Both the position numbers and the translations under genes were made by a program. The notes under the pieces are model-generated. The model was not told the origin of the DNA. It searched no databases and saw only the letters and a list, made by a program, of their open reading frames with translations. Below, one piece after another: positions 8,305 to 15,285 of a DNA stretch of 24,000 nt. Source of the DNA: Sinomonas atrocyanea (GTDB taxonomy: Bacteria; Actinomycetota; Actinomycetes; Actinomycetales; Micrococcaceae); the NCBI RefSeq assembly GCF_001577305.1, contig NZ_CP014518.1, positions 135,365 to 159,364 on the forward strand. The letters run 5' to 3'. How positions within the stretch are numbered: the stretch's first letter is position 1; each line of letters opens with the position of its first letter.

Positions 8305-8969
8305 CCACCGAGCAGCGCGAGGACAGCGTCACCACCCCCCTCAAGGGCATCCGGCGCACCGCCGCGCGGCGGATGACGGCCGCCTGGGGCGCGCCGGCGT
8401 TCCACCTCTCGACGAGCGTTGACATGGGTTCGGCGCTCTCCGTGAAGGAGCGCGTCCCGGGGGCCACGGTCACGGACGCCATCCTCGCGGCCTGCGCGGC
8501 GGCGCTCCTGGAGCATCCGGCGATCAACGCCCACTACGCCGACGAGGCCGTGACCGCGTTCGGGCAGGTCAACCTGGGCCTCGCCGTCGACACCCCGGCC
8601 GGACTCATGGTGCCGGTCATCAAGGATGCGGCCCGGCTCGACCTGACTGGCATCGCGGAGGCGAGGCGCGACCTCGCCCAGCGTGCCCGCCAGGGCAGCC
8701 TGACGATGGCGGACGTCTCGGACGGGACCTTCACGGTCTCCAACCTGGGCATGCTGGGCATCGACTACTTCGACGCCATCCTCAACGTGCCCCAGGTGGC
8801 GATCCTCGCCATCGGCACCACGCGCGAGGAGCAGGTCAGGGACGGCGACGGCGCCATCAGCTGGCGCCCTCGGGCCCGGATCACCCTGACGTGCGACCAC
8901 CGGGCCGTCGACGGCGCGACCGGGGCCCGGTTCCTCACCACGGTGAAGGACCGGCTGGAGACCGCGTAG
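8301..8969 (+). CDS. 2-oxoacid dehydrogenase E2 acyltransferase catalytic domain only (no lipoyl domain, no peripheral-subunit-binding domain)
   Basis: This is the last 222 codons of track ORF 7692-8969. The upstream part of that ORF is off-frame aldolase sequence. GTG 8301 overlaps the aldolase stop (GTGA). The protein starts about 10 residues before the conserved PLKGIRRTAARRM entry of the catalytic domain. It has GTFTVSNLG and the active-site motif CDHRAVDGA. Confidence 0.8.
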   Translation: MTTEQREDSVTTPLKGIRRTAARRMTAAWGAPAFHLSTSVDMGSALSVKERVPGATVTDAILAACAAALLEHPAINAHYADEAVTAFGQVNLGLAVDTPAGLMVPVIKDAARLDLTGIAEARRDLAQRARQGSLTMADVSDGTFTVSNLGMLGIDYFDAILNVPQVAILAIGTTREEQVRDGDGAISWRPRARITLTCDHRAVDGATGARFLTTVKDRLETA

Positions 8970-9000
8970 CGCAGCGCGGACTGAGGCCACTGCGGCAGAG

Positions 9001-9035
9001 AGGGCGCCCCCGGCCGGGAAGGCCGGGGGCGCCCT
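9001..9035. terminator. Bidirectional stem-loop between convergent genes
   Basis: AGGGCGCCCCCGGCC / GGGAA loop / GGCCGGGGGCGCCCT gives a perfect 15-bp GC-rich stem. It lies between the E2-core stop (8969) and the EIIC stop (9059). Confidence 0.7.
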
Positions 9036-9058
9036 GTGGCTTGGCGCGAGAGGGCACG

Positions 9059-10567
9059 TCAGCTGTTCGCGGGCACCTTCCGCGGCTCTGGGGCATCCTG
9101 CGAGGCCAGCCATTGGGCACGGTCCTCAGCTGGCAGCCAGCCCTTGTCGACACACCGGACTTTGAAGATCCAGGCGGACGCGACCAGAGCCAGGGCGAGT
9201 GCAATCATGCTCACCGGGGCGAGCGGCATGCCCGTCCGCGCGATCAGCCCGTCCACGGTGCCGAACCACCCGAAGTCGGCGTCGCCGAACGTGCTGTTGG
9301 CCATGCCGAGCGAGCCGAGCACGGTGAGCAGGAACGCGGGCAGGAGCGTGATCAGGACGCCGTTGAGGAAGCCGCCCACGATCGCGCCCCGCCGGCCTCC
9401 CGTGGCGTTGCCGAACACCCCGGCCCCTCCGCCGTCGAAGAAGTGCGGGACCATCCCGGGAAGGATGAGCGCCAGCCCGAACTGCGGGCCGAGCCAGACG
9501 GCGATCAGGGTCAGGGCCACGAGGCCGCCGGTGAAGGACGCGAGGAACCCGATGAGCGACGCGTTGGGTCCGAAGGGGAAGACGATCGGCACGTCCAGCG
9601 CGGGCTTGGCGCCCGGCACCACGCGCTGGGCGATCCCCTGGAACGCCGGAACGAGCTCACCGAGGATGATCCGGACGCCGTAGAGGATGATGCTGACGCC
9701 GATCCCGAACTGCAGCGCCTGGGCGAACGCCGCCATGACGTAGGCGCCGATGTCTGCGGAAGCGCCCGACGTGGAGTCCGCGAAGACCTTCAGGAGCGCG
9801 TCGTGCGGAATCGCGATGATGCCCCAGACGGCGAAGACCATGTAGAGCACCATCATCAGCACGGTGGTCGAGACCATGGAGTCCCTGAGGAAGCTGAGCC
9901 CATGGGAGAACTTCACTTCCTCGGCGGACCTCGAGCGCTTCCCGACCGCGGCCCCCGCGGCTCCGGCGATGATGTAGCCCAGGGTATTGAAGTGGCCGAT
10001 GGCCAGGTTGCCGTCCCGCGACCCGACAATGCGGTTCATGAACGGCTGGGCGAAGGTCGGCATGACGACCATGATGGCGCCCATGAGCACGGACCCGACT
10101 GCGATGACCCAGAAGTCCTGGTGGGCGCCGAATCCGACGGACAGGACGACGGCGAGGAGCGTCGACATGAAGACCATGTGGTGTCCCGTGAGGAAGACAT
10201 ACCTCAGGGGGGTGAACCTCGCCAGCAGCAGCATGATGATGAATCCGAAGACGATGATGTACGCCGACTGGGCTCCGAACTGGCTCGCTGCCTGGGCGGT
10301 GATCACCTCATTGGTCGGGACCACACCGTGGGCCCCGGTGTCCTTGAGGATGAGATGCCCGAAGGGCGACAGGGAGTTGATCACGACGGTGGCGCCGGCG
10401 CCGAGGATCAGGTAGCCCATCGCGGCCTTGAGGGCCCCGGCGACCACTTCCCCCGGTTTCTTCTTCATGGCGATCAGCCCTACGGCCGCCACGATCCCCA
10501 TCAGGTAGGCGGGGACGTTGAGAATCTGGACGCTGATGAAGTGCAGAATCGAAATGAACCACGACAT
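9059..10567 (-). CDS. PTS ascorbate-family EIIC permease (SgaT/UlaA-like)
   Basis: The track ORF is 9059-10585. The start is taken at ATG 10567 (MSWFISILHF), preceded by GGAGAGAGG. Polytopic membrane protein, collinear by eye with UlaA (LTGHHMVF, IGHFNT, GVRIILGELVPAFQGIAQRVVPGA, PGMVPHFF). Confidence 0.9.
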   Translation of the reverse strand: MSWFISILHFISVQILNVPAYLMGIVAAVGLIAMKKKPGEVVAGALKAAMGYLILGAGATVVINSLSPFGHLILKDTGAHGVVPTNEVITAQAASQFGAQSAYIIVFGFIIMLLLARFTPLRYVFLTGHHMVFMSTLLAVVLSVGFGAHQDFWVIAVGSVLMGAIMVVMPTFAQPFMNRIVGSRDGNLAIGHFNTLGYIIAGAAGAAVGKRSRSAEEVKFSHGLSFLRDSMVSTTVLMMVLYMVFAVWGIIAIPHDALLKVFADSTSGASADIGAYVMAAFAQALQFGIGVSIILYGVRIILGELVPAFQGIAQRVVPGAKPALDVPIVFPFGPNASLIGFLASFTGGLVALTLIAVWLGPQFGLALILPGMVPHFFDGGGAGVFGNATGGRRGAIVGGFLNGVLITLLPAFLLTVLGSLGMANSTFGDADFGWFGTVDGLIARTGMPLAPVSMIALALALVASAWIFKVRCVDKGWLPAEDRAQWLASQDAPEPRKVPANS

Positions 10568-10598
10568 TGTAGTACCTCTCTCCACGAAAGCCGTGAAC

Positions 10599-10853
10599 TC
10601 AGGCCCGGGGGAGATGGCCGGAGAGCGCGGACTCGATCTCCTGGGCGTCCATGAAGTTGTTGACCACGGCGACGGGCGCAGGGATGTCGGCCAGCTTGTC
10701 CGCCAGCTCGGCCGAGGTCAGCACCAGGTCGACCCCCTGCGCAGCGCCGCGGGCGGCACTGATGTCGGCCGTCGTCACCGTGCCGGGGACATTCAGCTTG
10801 CCGAGGGCGGACTCGGTATTCATCTTCAGCAGGATTGACGTGCCGATTCCCAG
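10599..10853 (-). pseudogene. PTS EIIB (SgaB/UlaB-like), 5'-truncated: lacks start codon and catalytic Cys
   Basis: Homology begins at LGIGTSILLKMNTESALGKL... and runs to PVAVVNNFMDAQEIESAL...*. The expected MKIxxVCG N-terminus is replaced by ...HDDVRR, which is simply the antisense of the inverted fragment at 10854 onward. No in-frame ATG/GTG/TTG occurs near the junction. The first internal ATG (10823) would give a 74-aa product without the phosphorylation site. Confidence 0.65.
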
Positions 10854-10943
10854 TCTGCGGACATCATCATGACCAACGCCGAGATGGCCCGGCTGCTCGG
10901 CGACCTTGCGAGCCCGGTCGCAGTGATCGCCAACTTCATGGAC
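10647..10943. repeat. Inverted repeat formed by the conserved parts of the two EIIB copies
   Basis: 10647-10676 and the reverse complement of 10914-10943 match at 25 of 30 positions (hand alignment). This includes a perfect 13-mer: GTCCATGAAGTTG at 10647-10659, and its reverse complement CAACTTCATGGAC at 10931-10943. Confidence 0.6.
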
Positions 10944-10991
10944 ACGGACGAGATCATGCGGGCGGTTCGGGCCGTCATGGAGAAGCCGTAG
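10854..10991 (+). pseudogene. 3' fragment of a second, inverted PTS EIIB paralogue
   Basis: My translation of the plus strand gives SADIIMTNAEMARLLGDLASPVAVIANFMDTDEIMRAVRAVMEKP*. It aligns with the C-terminal half of the minus-strand EIIB (about 19 of 43 residues identical by hand) and with the UlaB GADIIIAST... region. It has no N-terminal half, no RBS, and a stop codon 5 codons upstream (10836-10838). Confidence 0.6.
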
Positions 10992-11048
10992 ATCCGCTGC
11001 GCCGAGTGCCGTGGCGTGGGACCTCGCCTGCCCGCGGGACGTGCAGAA

Positions 11049-11101
11049 GGGCTCCCCGGGCATGAGGCCGAAAGTACTTCAGCCCCGTGCCCGGGGAGCC
11101 C
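11049..11101. terminator. Long stem-loop between the EIIB fragment and the pepD 3' end
   Basis: GGGCTCCCCGGGCA (11049-11062) pairs perfectly with TGCCCGGGGAGCCC (11088-11101). The 25-nt loop contains the palindrome AAGTACTT. It lies 57 nt downstream of the pepD stop. It has no clear U-tract. Confidence 0.4.
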
Positions 11102-11157
11102 TGCAGTGCGGCGCGGATGCTGGTGTGCCGCGGCCGAGCTGGACGAGCGGGTCGCCG

Positions 11158-12621
11158 TCAGTGGAGGCGGCTCACCACCTCGCGGATGAGGGGCCACACG
11201 CGCGCCACCGAGGTGAAGTTCACCGACTCCTTGGGGGAGTGGAGGTCGTGGAGCTCCGTGCCGATCGAGATGATGTCGAGGCCTGGCAGCTTCTGGCTGA
11301 ACATGCCCAGCTCGAGGCTGCACTGGGAGACGTGGACCTCGGGATCGGTGCCCATGACCTCCGAGTAGGCCTTCCGGGCGACGTCGAGCAGCTTCGAGTC
11401 CGGCCGGTAGGGGAACTCCGGCGCGTCGAGCCCGTACTGCTCGACCGACGCGCCGCCGCCCGCGAGGGCGACCAACGAGCGCACCCTGTCCAGGATCTCG
11501 TGCTTGCGCGAGGTGACGGCCGCCGTGATGGTCGACATGAGCCGTGCGCCGTCCGCGGTGGTGCGGACCGTCCCGAGGTTGTTCGAACTCTCCACGATGC
11601 CCGGCACCGTGAGGCTCCAGCTCAGGACGCCGTTCGGGATCAGCGCGGTGAGCCGCGCGAAGCGCGCCCCCGCGGCCGCCGAGAAGACGTCCTCCGGGCG
11701 CTCCGCCGAGTCGAGCTCGAGCCGGATGCCCGGATCGGCCTTGCGGTACTCGTTGAGCAGCGTGCGCTCGAGCTCGGAGACGGCGTCGGCCACGGCGCGG
11801 ACGTCCTCCGGCCGCAGCGACAGCACCACCTGGGCGTCCGCCGGGATGGCGTTGTTCTGCGCTCCGCCGTGGGGATCGCTGATCCTGACGTCGAACCGGT
11901 CCATCAGGGTCGTGAGCGCCCGCGCCAGGACGAGGACGGCGTTCGCACGCTCCAGGTGGATGTCGAATTCGCAGTGCCCGCCGGCCAGGCCGCGGACCTT
12001 GAGCAGACGCGTCTCGGTATGCGTGCCGGGCACCGGCTCCCACTCTGCGGGCACGTCGACGGTGAAGGTCACGTCGCCGCTGCAGCCGGCGAGGATCTCC
12101 TTGTCGGTGATCCAGTTGAAGTCGATCATCCGCTTCCCGGACAGCTTCGACGTGTCGAACTGGGCGGCTCCCACCTTCCCCTTCTCCTCCATGGCGGTCA
12201 GGACCGCCTCGAGGGGCGGGTGCGGGATGTCCTTCGAGTCGAGGAGCGCCAGGATGTAGGAGACGCCGATGCCGTTGTCGGCCCCGAGGGAGGTCCCGTT
12301 CGCGGTGACGAAGTCACCGTCGATGAGGAGCTCGATCGGATCCTGTTCGAAGTCGTGGGTGACGCCGTCCTCCTTCTCGCACACCATGTCCAGGTGCCCG
12401 TGGAGGATCAGCGGCGGTGCGCCCTCCAGGCCATGCTGGCCGGGCTTCTTCACGAGGACACAGTGCAGATCGTCCTGCGTCGCCTCGAGGCCGCGCTCGC
12501 GGGCGAAGTCGACGACCCAGTCGGCGACCTCCTTCTCGTTGCCGGAGCCGCGGGGGATGTTGGACAGGCTCTCGAAGAACGAGAACACCTCTTGGGGCTG
12601 GATCGATGTGAGGGTGGGCAT
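11158..12621 (-). CDS. pepD: Aminoacyl-histidine (Xaa-His) dipeptidase, M20C family
   Basis: This is the C-terminal 487 aa of track ORF 11158-13635. The start is at ATG 12621 (MPTLTSIQPQEVFSFFESLSNIPRGSGNEKE), preceded by AGAAGGAA. PepD hallmarks: HGHLDMV, LGADNGIG, EEKG, ELHDLHSPKE. Sequence upstream of 12621 in that ORF is off-frame permease sequence. Confidence 0.9.
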   Translation of the reverse strand: MPTLTSIQPQEVFSFFESLSNIPRGSGNEKEVADWVVDFARERGLEATQDDLHCVLVKKPGQHGLEGAPPLILHGHLDMVCEKEDGVTHDFEQDPIELLIDGDFVTANGTSLGADNGIGVSYILALLDSKDIPHPPLEAVLTAMEEKGKVGAAQFDTSKLSGKRMIDFNWITDKEILAGCSGDVTFTVDVPAEWEPVPGTHTETRLLKVRGLAGGHCEFDIHLERANAVLVLARALTTLMDRFDVRISDPHGGAQNNAIPADAQVVLSLRPEDVRAVADAVSELERTLLNEYRKADPGIRLELDSAERPEDVFSAAAGARFARLTALIPNGVLSWSLTVPGIVESSNNLGTVRTTADGARLMSTITAAVTSRKHEILDRVRSLVALAGGGASVEQYGLDAPEFPYRPDSKLLDVARKAYSEVMGTDPEVHVSQCSLELGMFSQKLPGLDIISIGTELHDLHSPKESVNFTSVARVWPLIREVVSRLH

Positions 12622-12644
12622 CGGGCTGTTCCTTCTCTGGCTGC

Positions 12645-12672
12645 CCGGGCCGCCTGCGAGGGGCGGCCCCGG
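12645..12672 (-). other. Intercistronic GC-rich hairpin between permease and pepD
   Basis: GGGCCGCC (12647-12654) pairs with GGCGGCCC (12662-12669). Two extra pairs form across a one-base bulge. No U-tract. The function (attenuator or mRNA stabiliser) is not established. Confidence 0.3.
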
Positions 12673-12707
12673 ATGGTGGTCGTGGAGGCTGGGGGAGCGA
12701 CCTGGGG

Positions 12708-13724
12708 CTACTTCACCACGCCTTGGCGCTTCCTGCCCATGGTCAGGGCAACGGCGACGATGATGACGAGCCCGTAGACGAGGCTCTGGGCCTGGGGGCT
12801 GATGCCCACCGAGGTCGCGCCGATGGGCACGAGGCCCACGGTGAGGGCGCCGAACACGATGTTGATCGGATTCGTGACACCGCCGGTGATGGCCGTGCCG
12901 CCCACGATCGCGGCGGTGATGCCCGGGAGCAGCAGGTCGCTGCCGAGCCCGAAGGAGGAGGCTGCGCCCGCCTGGGCGATGACGAGCACGCCGGCCAGCC
13001 CGGACAGCAGGCCCGAGAGGGCGAAGGCTGCCACCTTCAGCCAGCGTGTCCGCAGGCCGGAGAAGAGGGCGCCGCTCTCGTTCAGGCCCACGGCGGTCAT
13101 CCCCTGCCCGGACCGGGTGAACCGGAGCACGGCCCACAGGACGACGGCGCACACGACGCCGACCCAGAACGCCAGGGGCAGGCCCACGAGCGCGGTGCCG
13201 AACAGCGGGGCGAGCAGATCCGTGTTGGCGGTGGCGTAGACGGTCGTCGCGTGGCTGACCTCGAGCGATGCGGCCTGCACGATGCCGAGCGTGCCGAGCG
13301 TGAGGGCGAACGAGGGGATCTGGCCGAAGGCGATCAGGAACCCGTTCACGGCGCCGATCAGGGTCACCACGACGAGCGTGAGCAGGGGGGCCGCCGGGCC
13401 GAGGGGCTCCAGCGCCTGCGCGAGGATCATCGCCGAGAGCACCACGGTGGCGGCGTTGGAGAGGTCGATGGAGCCGACGTTGAGCACCATCGCCTGGCCC
13501 AGGGCCACGAGCAGGATGGGCGCTGCCTGCACCGTCAGGATGCCGAGGCCGCCGCCTGTGACGAAGGTCGGAGTCAGGACGGCCACCAGGGCGAACAGGG
13601 CGATGAAGACGGCGACCGGGCCCACGGTCTGCCACAGGCCGGCGGGGCGCAGGGTCACCCGCTTCTGCTTGCCCGAGGAGGGGGCGGAGAGCGGCTCCGG
13701 TCGGAGAACGGCGTTGTGTGTCAT
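12708..13724 (-). CDS. ABC transporter permease, CUT2 type (second permease)
   Basis: 338 aa, polytopic. Motifs: GSIDLSNAA, RFTRSGQGMTAVGLNESGALFSGL, IVGGTAITGG. Confidence 0.9.
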   Translation of the reverse strand: MTHNAVLRPEPLSAPSSGKQKRVTLRPAGLWQTVGPVAVFIALFALVAVLTPTFVTGGGLGILTVQAAPILLVALGQAMVLNVGSIDLSNAATVVLSAMILAQALEPLGPAAPLLTLVVVTLIGAVNGFLIAFGQIPSFALTLGTLGIVQAASLEVSHATTVYATANTDLLAPLFGTALVGLPLAFWVGVVCAVVLWAVLRFTRSGQGMTAVGLNESGALFSGLRTRWLKVAAFALSGLLSGLAGVLVIAQAGAASSFGLGSDLLLPGITAAIVGGTAITGGVTNPINIVFGALTVGLVPIGATSVGISPQAQSLVYGLVIIVAVALTMGRKRQGVVK

Positions 13725-13728
13725 GGGA

Positions 13729-15285
13729 TCACACCATCTTTTCCAGGAGGTCTAGGGCTGTGGGGGACTCGACGGAGAGGTCGAAGCTGCCGGTGATCTC
13801 GCCGTCGCGCATCACGAGGACGTCGTCGCCCATCTCGAGCGCCTCCTCGAGCGTGTCGGGGAGGAGGACGACGGCGGCTCCGGCACTCTGGGCGGCACGG
13901 ATCTGTTCGTTCACCGTCTGGGCAGCTCCGGGGTCGAGGCCCCTGAGCGGGTGGTCGAGGAGGAGGATCTTCAGCTCGTCCGAGGCGAGCCACTTGGCGA
14001 GGACCACCTTCTGCTGGTTGCCGCCGGAGAAGCTCGCGAGGCGGAGGCGCGGGTTGCGCGGGCGGATGTCGAGCCGCTCGAACCAGTCGGCTGCCGCCTT
14101 CGCCTGGGTGCGCCGCTTCAGGAACGGGCCCCACGCGGCCTTCCCGGGGTGGGCGAGGGTGAGGTTCTCGGCGGCGCTGAAGCCTCCGACCATCCCTTCG
14201 ACCTTCCGTTCGGCGGGGATGTAGGCGATTCCGGAGCGCACGGCCGCCCGGATGGACCATGAGCGGACGGGACCGCCGGCGACGGCGATCGTGCCCGAAT
14301 CGAAGGTCTCGGCGCCGAAGATCGCCCGGCTGAGGGATTCGCGTCCTGAGCCGAGGGCGCCGACGATGGCGGTGCAGCGGCCCGGGGCGAGGGAGAAGGA
14401 GATGTCCTTGAACTGGCCCTTCTTCTTCAGGTCCTTCACCTCCAGCACGGCAGGCTCGGGCGCGGTCCGCTCGGCCCGCTGCTTCGGGGCGGCCTTGGCC
14501 TCGTGGCCGATCATGAGTCGGAAGAGGTCATCCTCGGTCACGGATTCCCGCCGCCGGTCGGCAACGACCTGGCCGTGCCGCATGACGATCACGCGGTCGC
14601 AGATCCTGAGGATCTCGTCGAGGCGGTGGGAGACGAAGAGCACCGAGCCGATGCGCTTGAGGGCGCGGATCTCGCGCTCGAGGATCTCCGTCTCGTTGCG
14701 TTCCAGGACGGCCGTGGGCTCGTCCAGGATGACCAGGGGCGCGGCGTGGACTGCCTCGTCGACGCGCAGCGCGCGGGCGATCTCCACCATCTGGCGGTCC
14801 ACGAAGGAGAGATCGCCGACGGTCGCGCGGGGATCGATCGTGGAGCCGACGCGCTCGAGGACCTTCCCGGCCTCCTGGTTGAGGCGGTTCCAGCGGTAGA
14901 AGCCGTACCGGGTGGCCGCATCCTTCGAGGAGAGGGCGTTCATCGCGATGTTCTCGGCCACGGAGAGGTTCGTCAGGAGTGACTGCTCCTGGTGGACGAC
15001 GCCGATCCCTGCTGCCACTGCGTCCTGCGGCCGGCGGAACTTCACCTCGCGGCCGTCTGCCTCGATCACCCCGGAGTCGGGCTGGTGGAGGCCCGTGAGG
15101 ATCTTCAGGAGCGTGGACTTGCCGGCGCCGTTCTCGCCGATCAGGCCGACGACCTCGTGCCTCGGGATCTCCAGGGAGATGTCCTTCACGGCCTGGACGG
15201 GGCCGAAGGACTTCGAGACGCGGGTGAGCTTCAGGGCGGGGCTGTGGAGCGCTGCTGTGGCGGGTGCCACGGATGCGTGGGTCAT
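13729..15285 (-). CDS. ABC transporter ATP-binding protein, duplicated NBD (RbsA/MglA-like)
   Basis: This is the C-terminal 518 aa of track ORF 13729-15864. The start is at ATG 15285 (MTHASVAP), which overlaps the upstream permease stop (ATGA). NBD1: GENGAGKST, VILDEPTA. NBD2: GALGSGRES, FSGGNQQK, LLLDHPLRGLD. Confidence 0.9.
   Translation of the reverse strand: MTHASVAPATAALHSPALKLTRVSKSFGPVQAVKDISLEIPRHEVVGLIGENGAGKSTLLKILTGLHQPDSGVIEADGREVKFRRPQDAVAAGIGVVHQEQSLLTNLSVAENIAMNALSSKDAATRYGFYRWNRLNQEAGKVLERVGSTIDPRATVGDLSFVDRQMVEIARALRVDEAVHAAPLVILDEPTAVLERNETEILEREIRALKRIGSVLFVSHRLDEILRICDRVIVMRHGQVVADRRRESVTEDDLFRLMIGHEAKAAPKQRAERTAPEPAVLEVKDLKKKGQFKDISFSLAPGRCTAIVGALGSGRESLSRAIFGAETFDSGTIAVAGGPVRSWSIRAAVRSGIAYIPAERKVEGMVGGFSAAENLTLAHPGKAAWGPFLKRRTQAKAAADWFERLDIRPRNPRLRLASFSGGNQQKVVLAKWLASDELKILLLDHPLRGLDPGAAQTVNEQIRAAQSAGAAVVLLPDTLEEALEMGDDVLVMRDGEITGSFDLSVESPTALDLLEKMV

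Noticed and set aside
9059-10567. Somewhat lower GC of the EIIC gene as evidence of horizontal transfer
   Set aside because: This is only an impression by eye. Membrane-protein amino-acid composition (Ile/Phe/Met-rich) explains it, and there are no flanking mobility genes or direct repeats.
8891-10654. 587-aa plus-strand ORF antisense to EIIC, rich in D/E/R/H/G
   Set aside because: It is the mirror image of a hydrophobic membrane-protein gene in a GC-rich genome. It has no motifs and no RBS. The EIIC frame on the other strand is unambiguous.
10854-11063. The N-terminal 70 residues of the 154-aa minus-strand ORF 10599-11063, which would make a long intact EIIB
   Set aside because: These residues are the antisense of the inverted EIIB fragment and of non-coding sequence. 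They lack the MKxxxVCG motif, and no EIIB has such an extension.
12622-13635. 825-aa reading of ORF 11158-13635 as one giant PepD fusion
   Set aside because: Everything upstream of ATG 12621 is off-frame permease sequence (Arg/Pro/Gly-rich). PepD homology, the RBS and a typical length all fit the 487-aa version.
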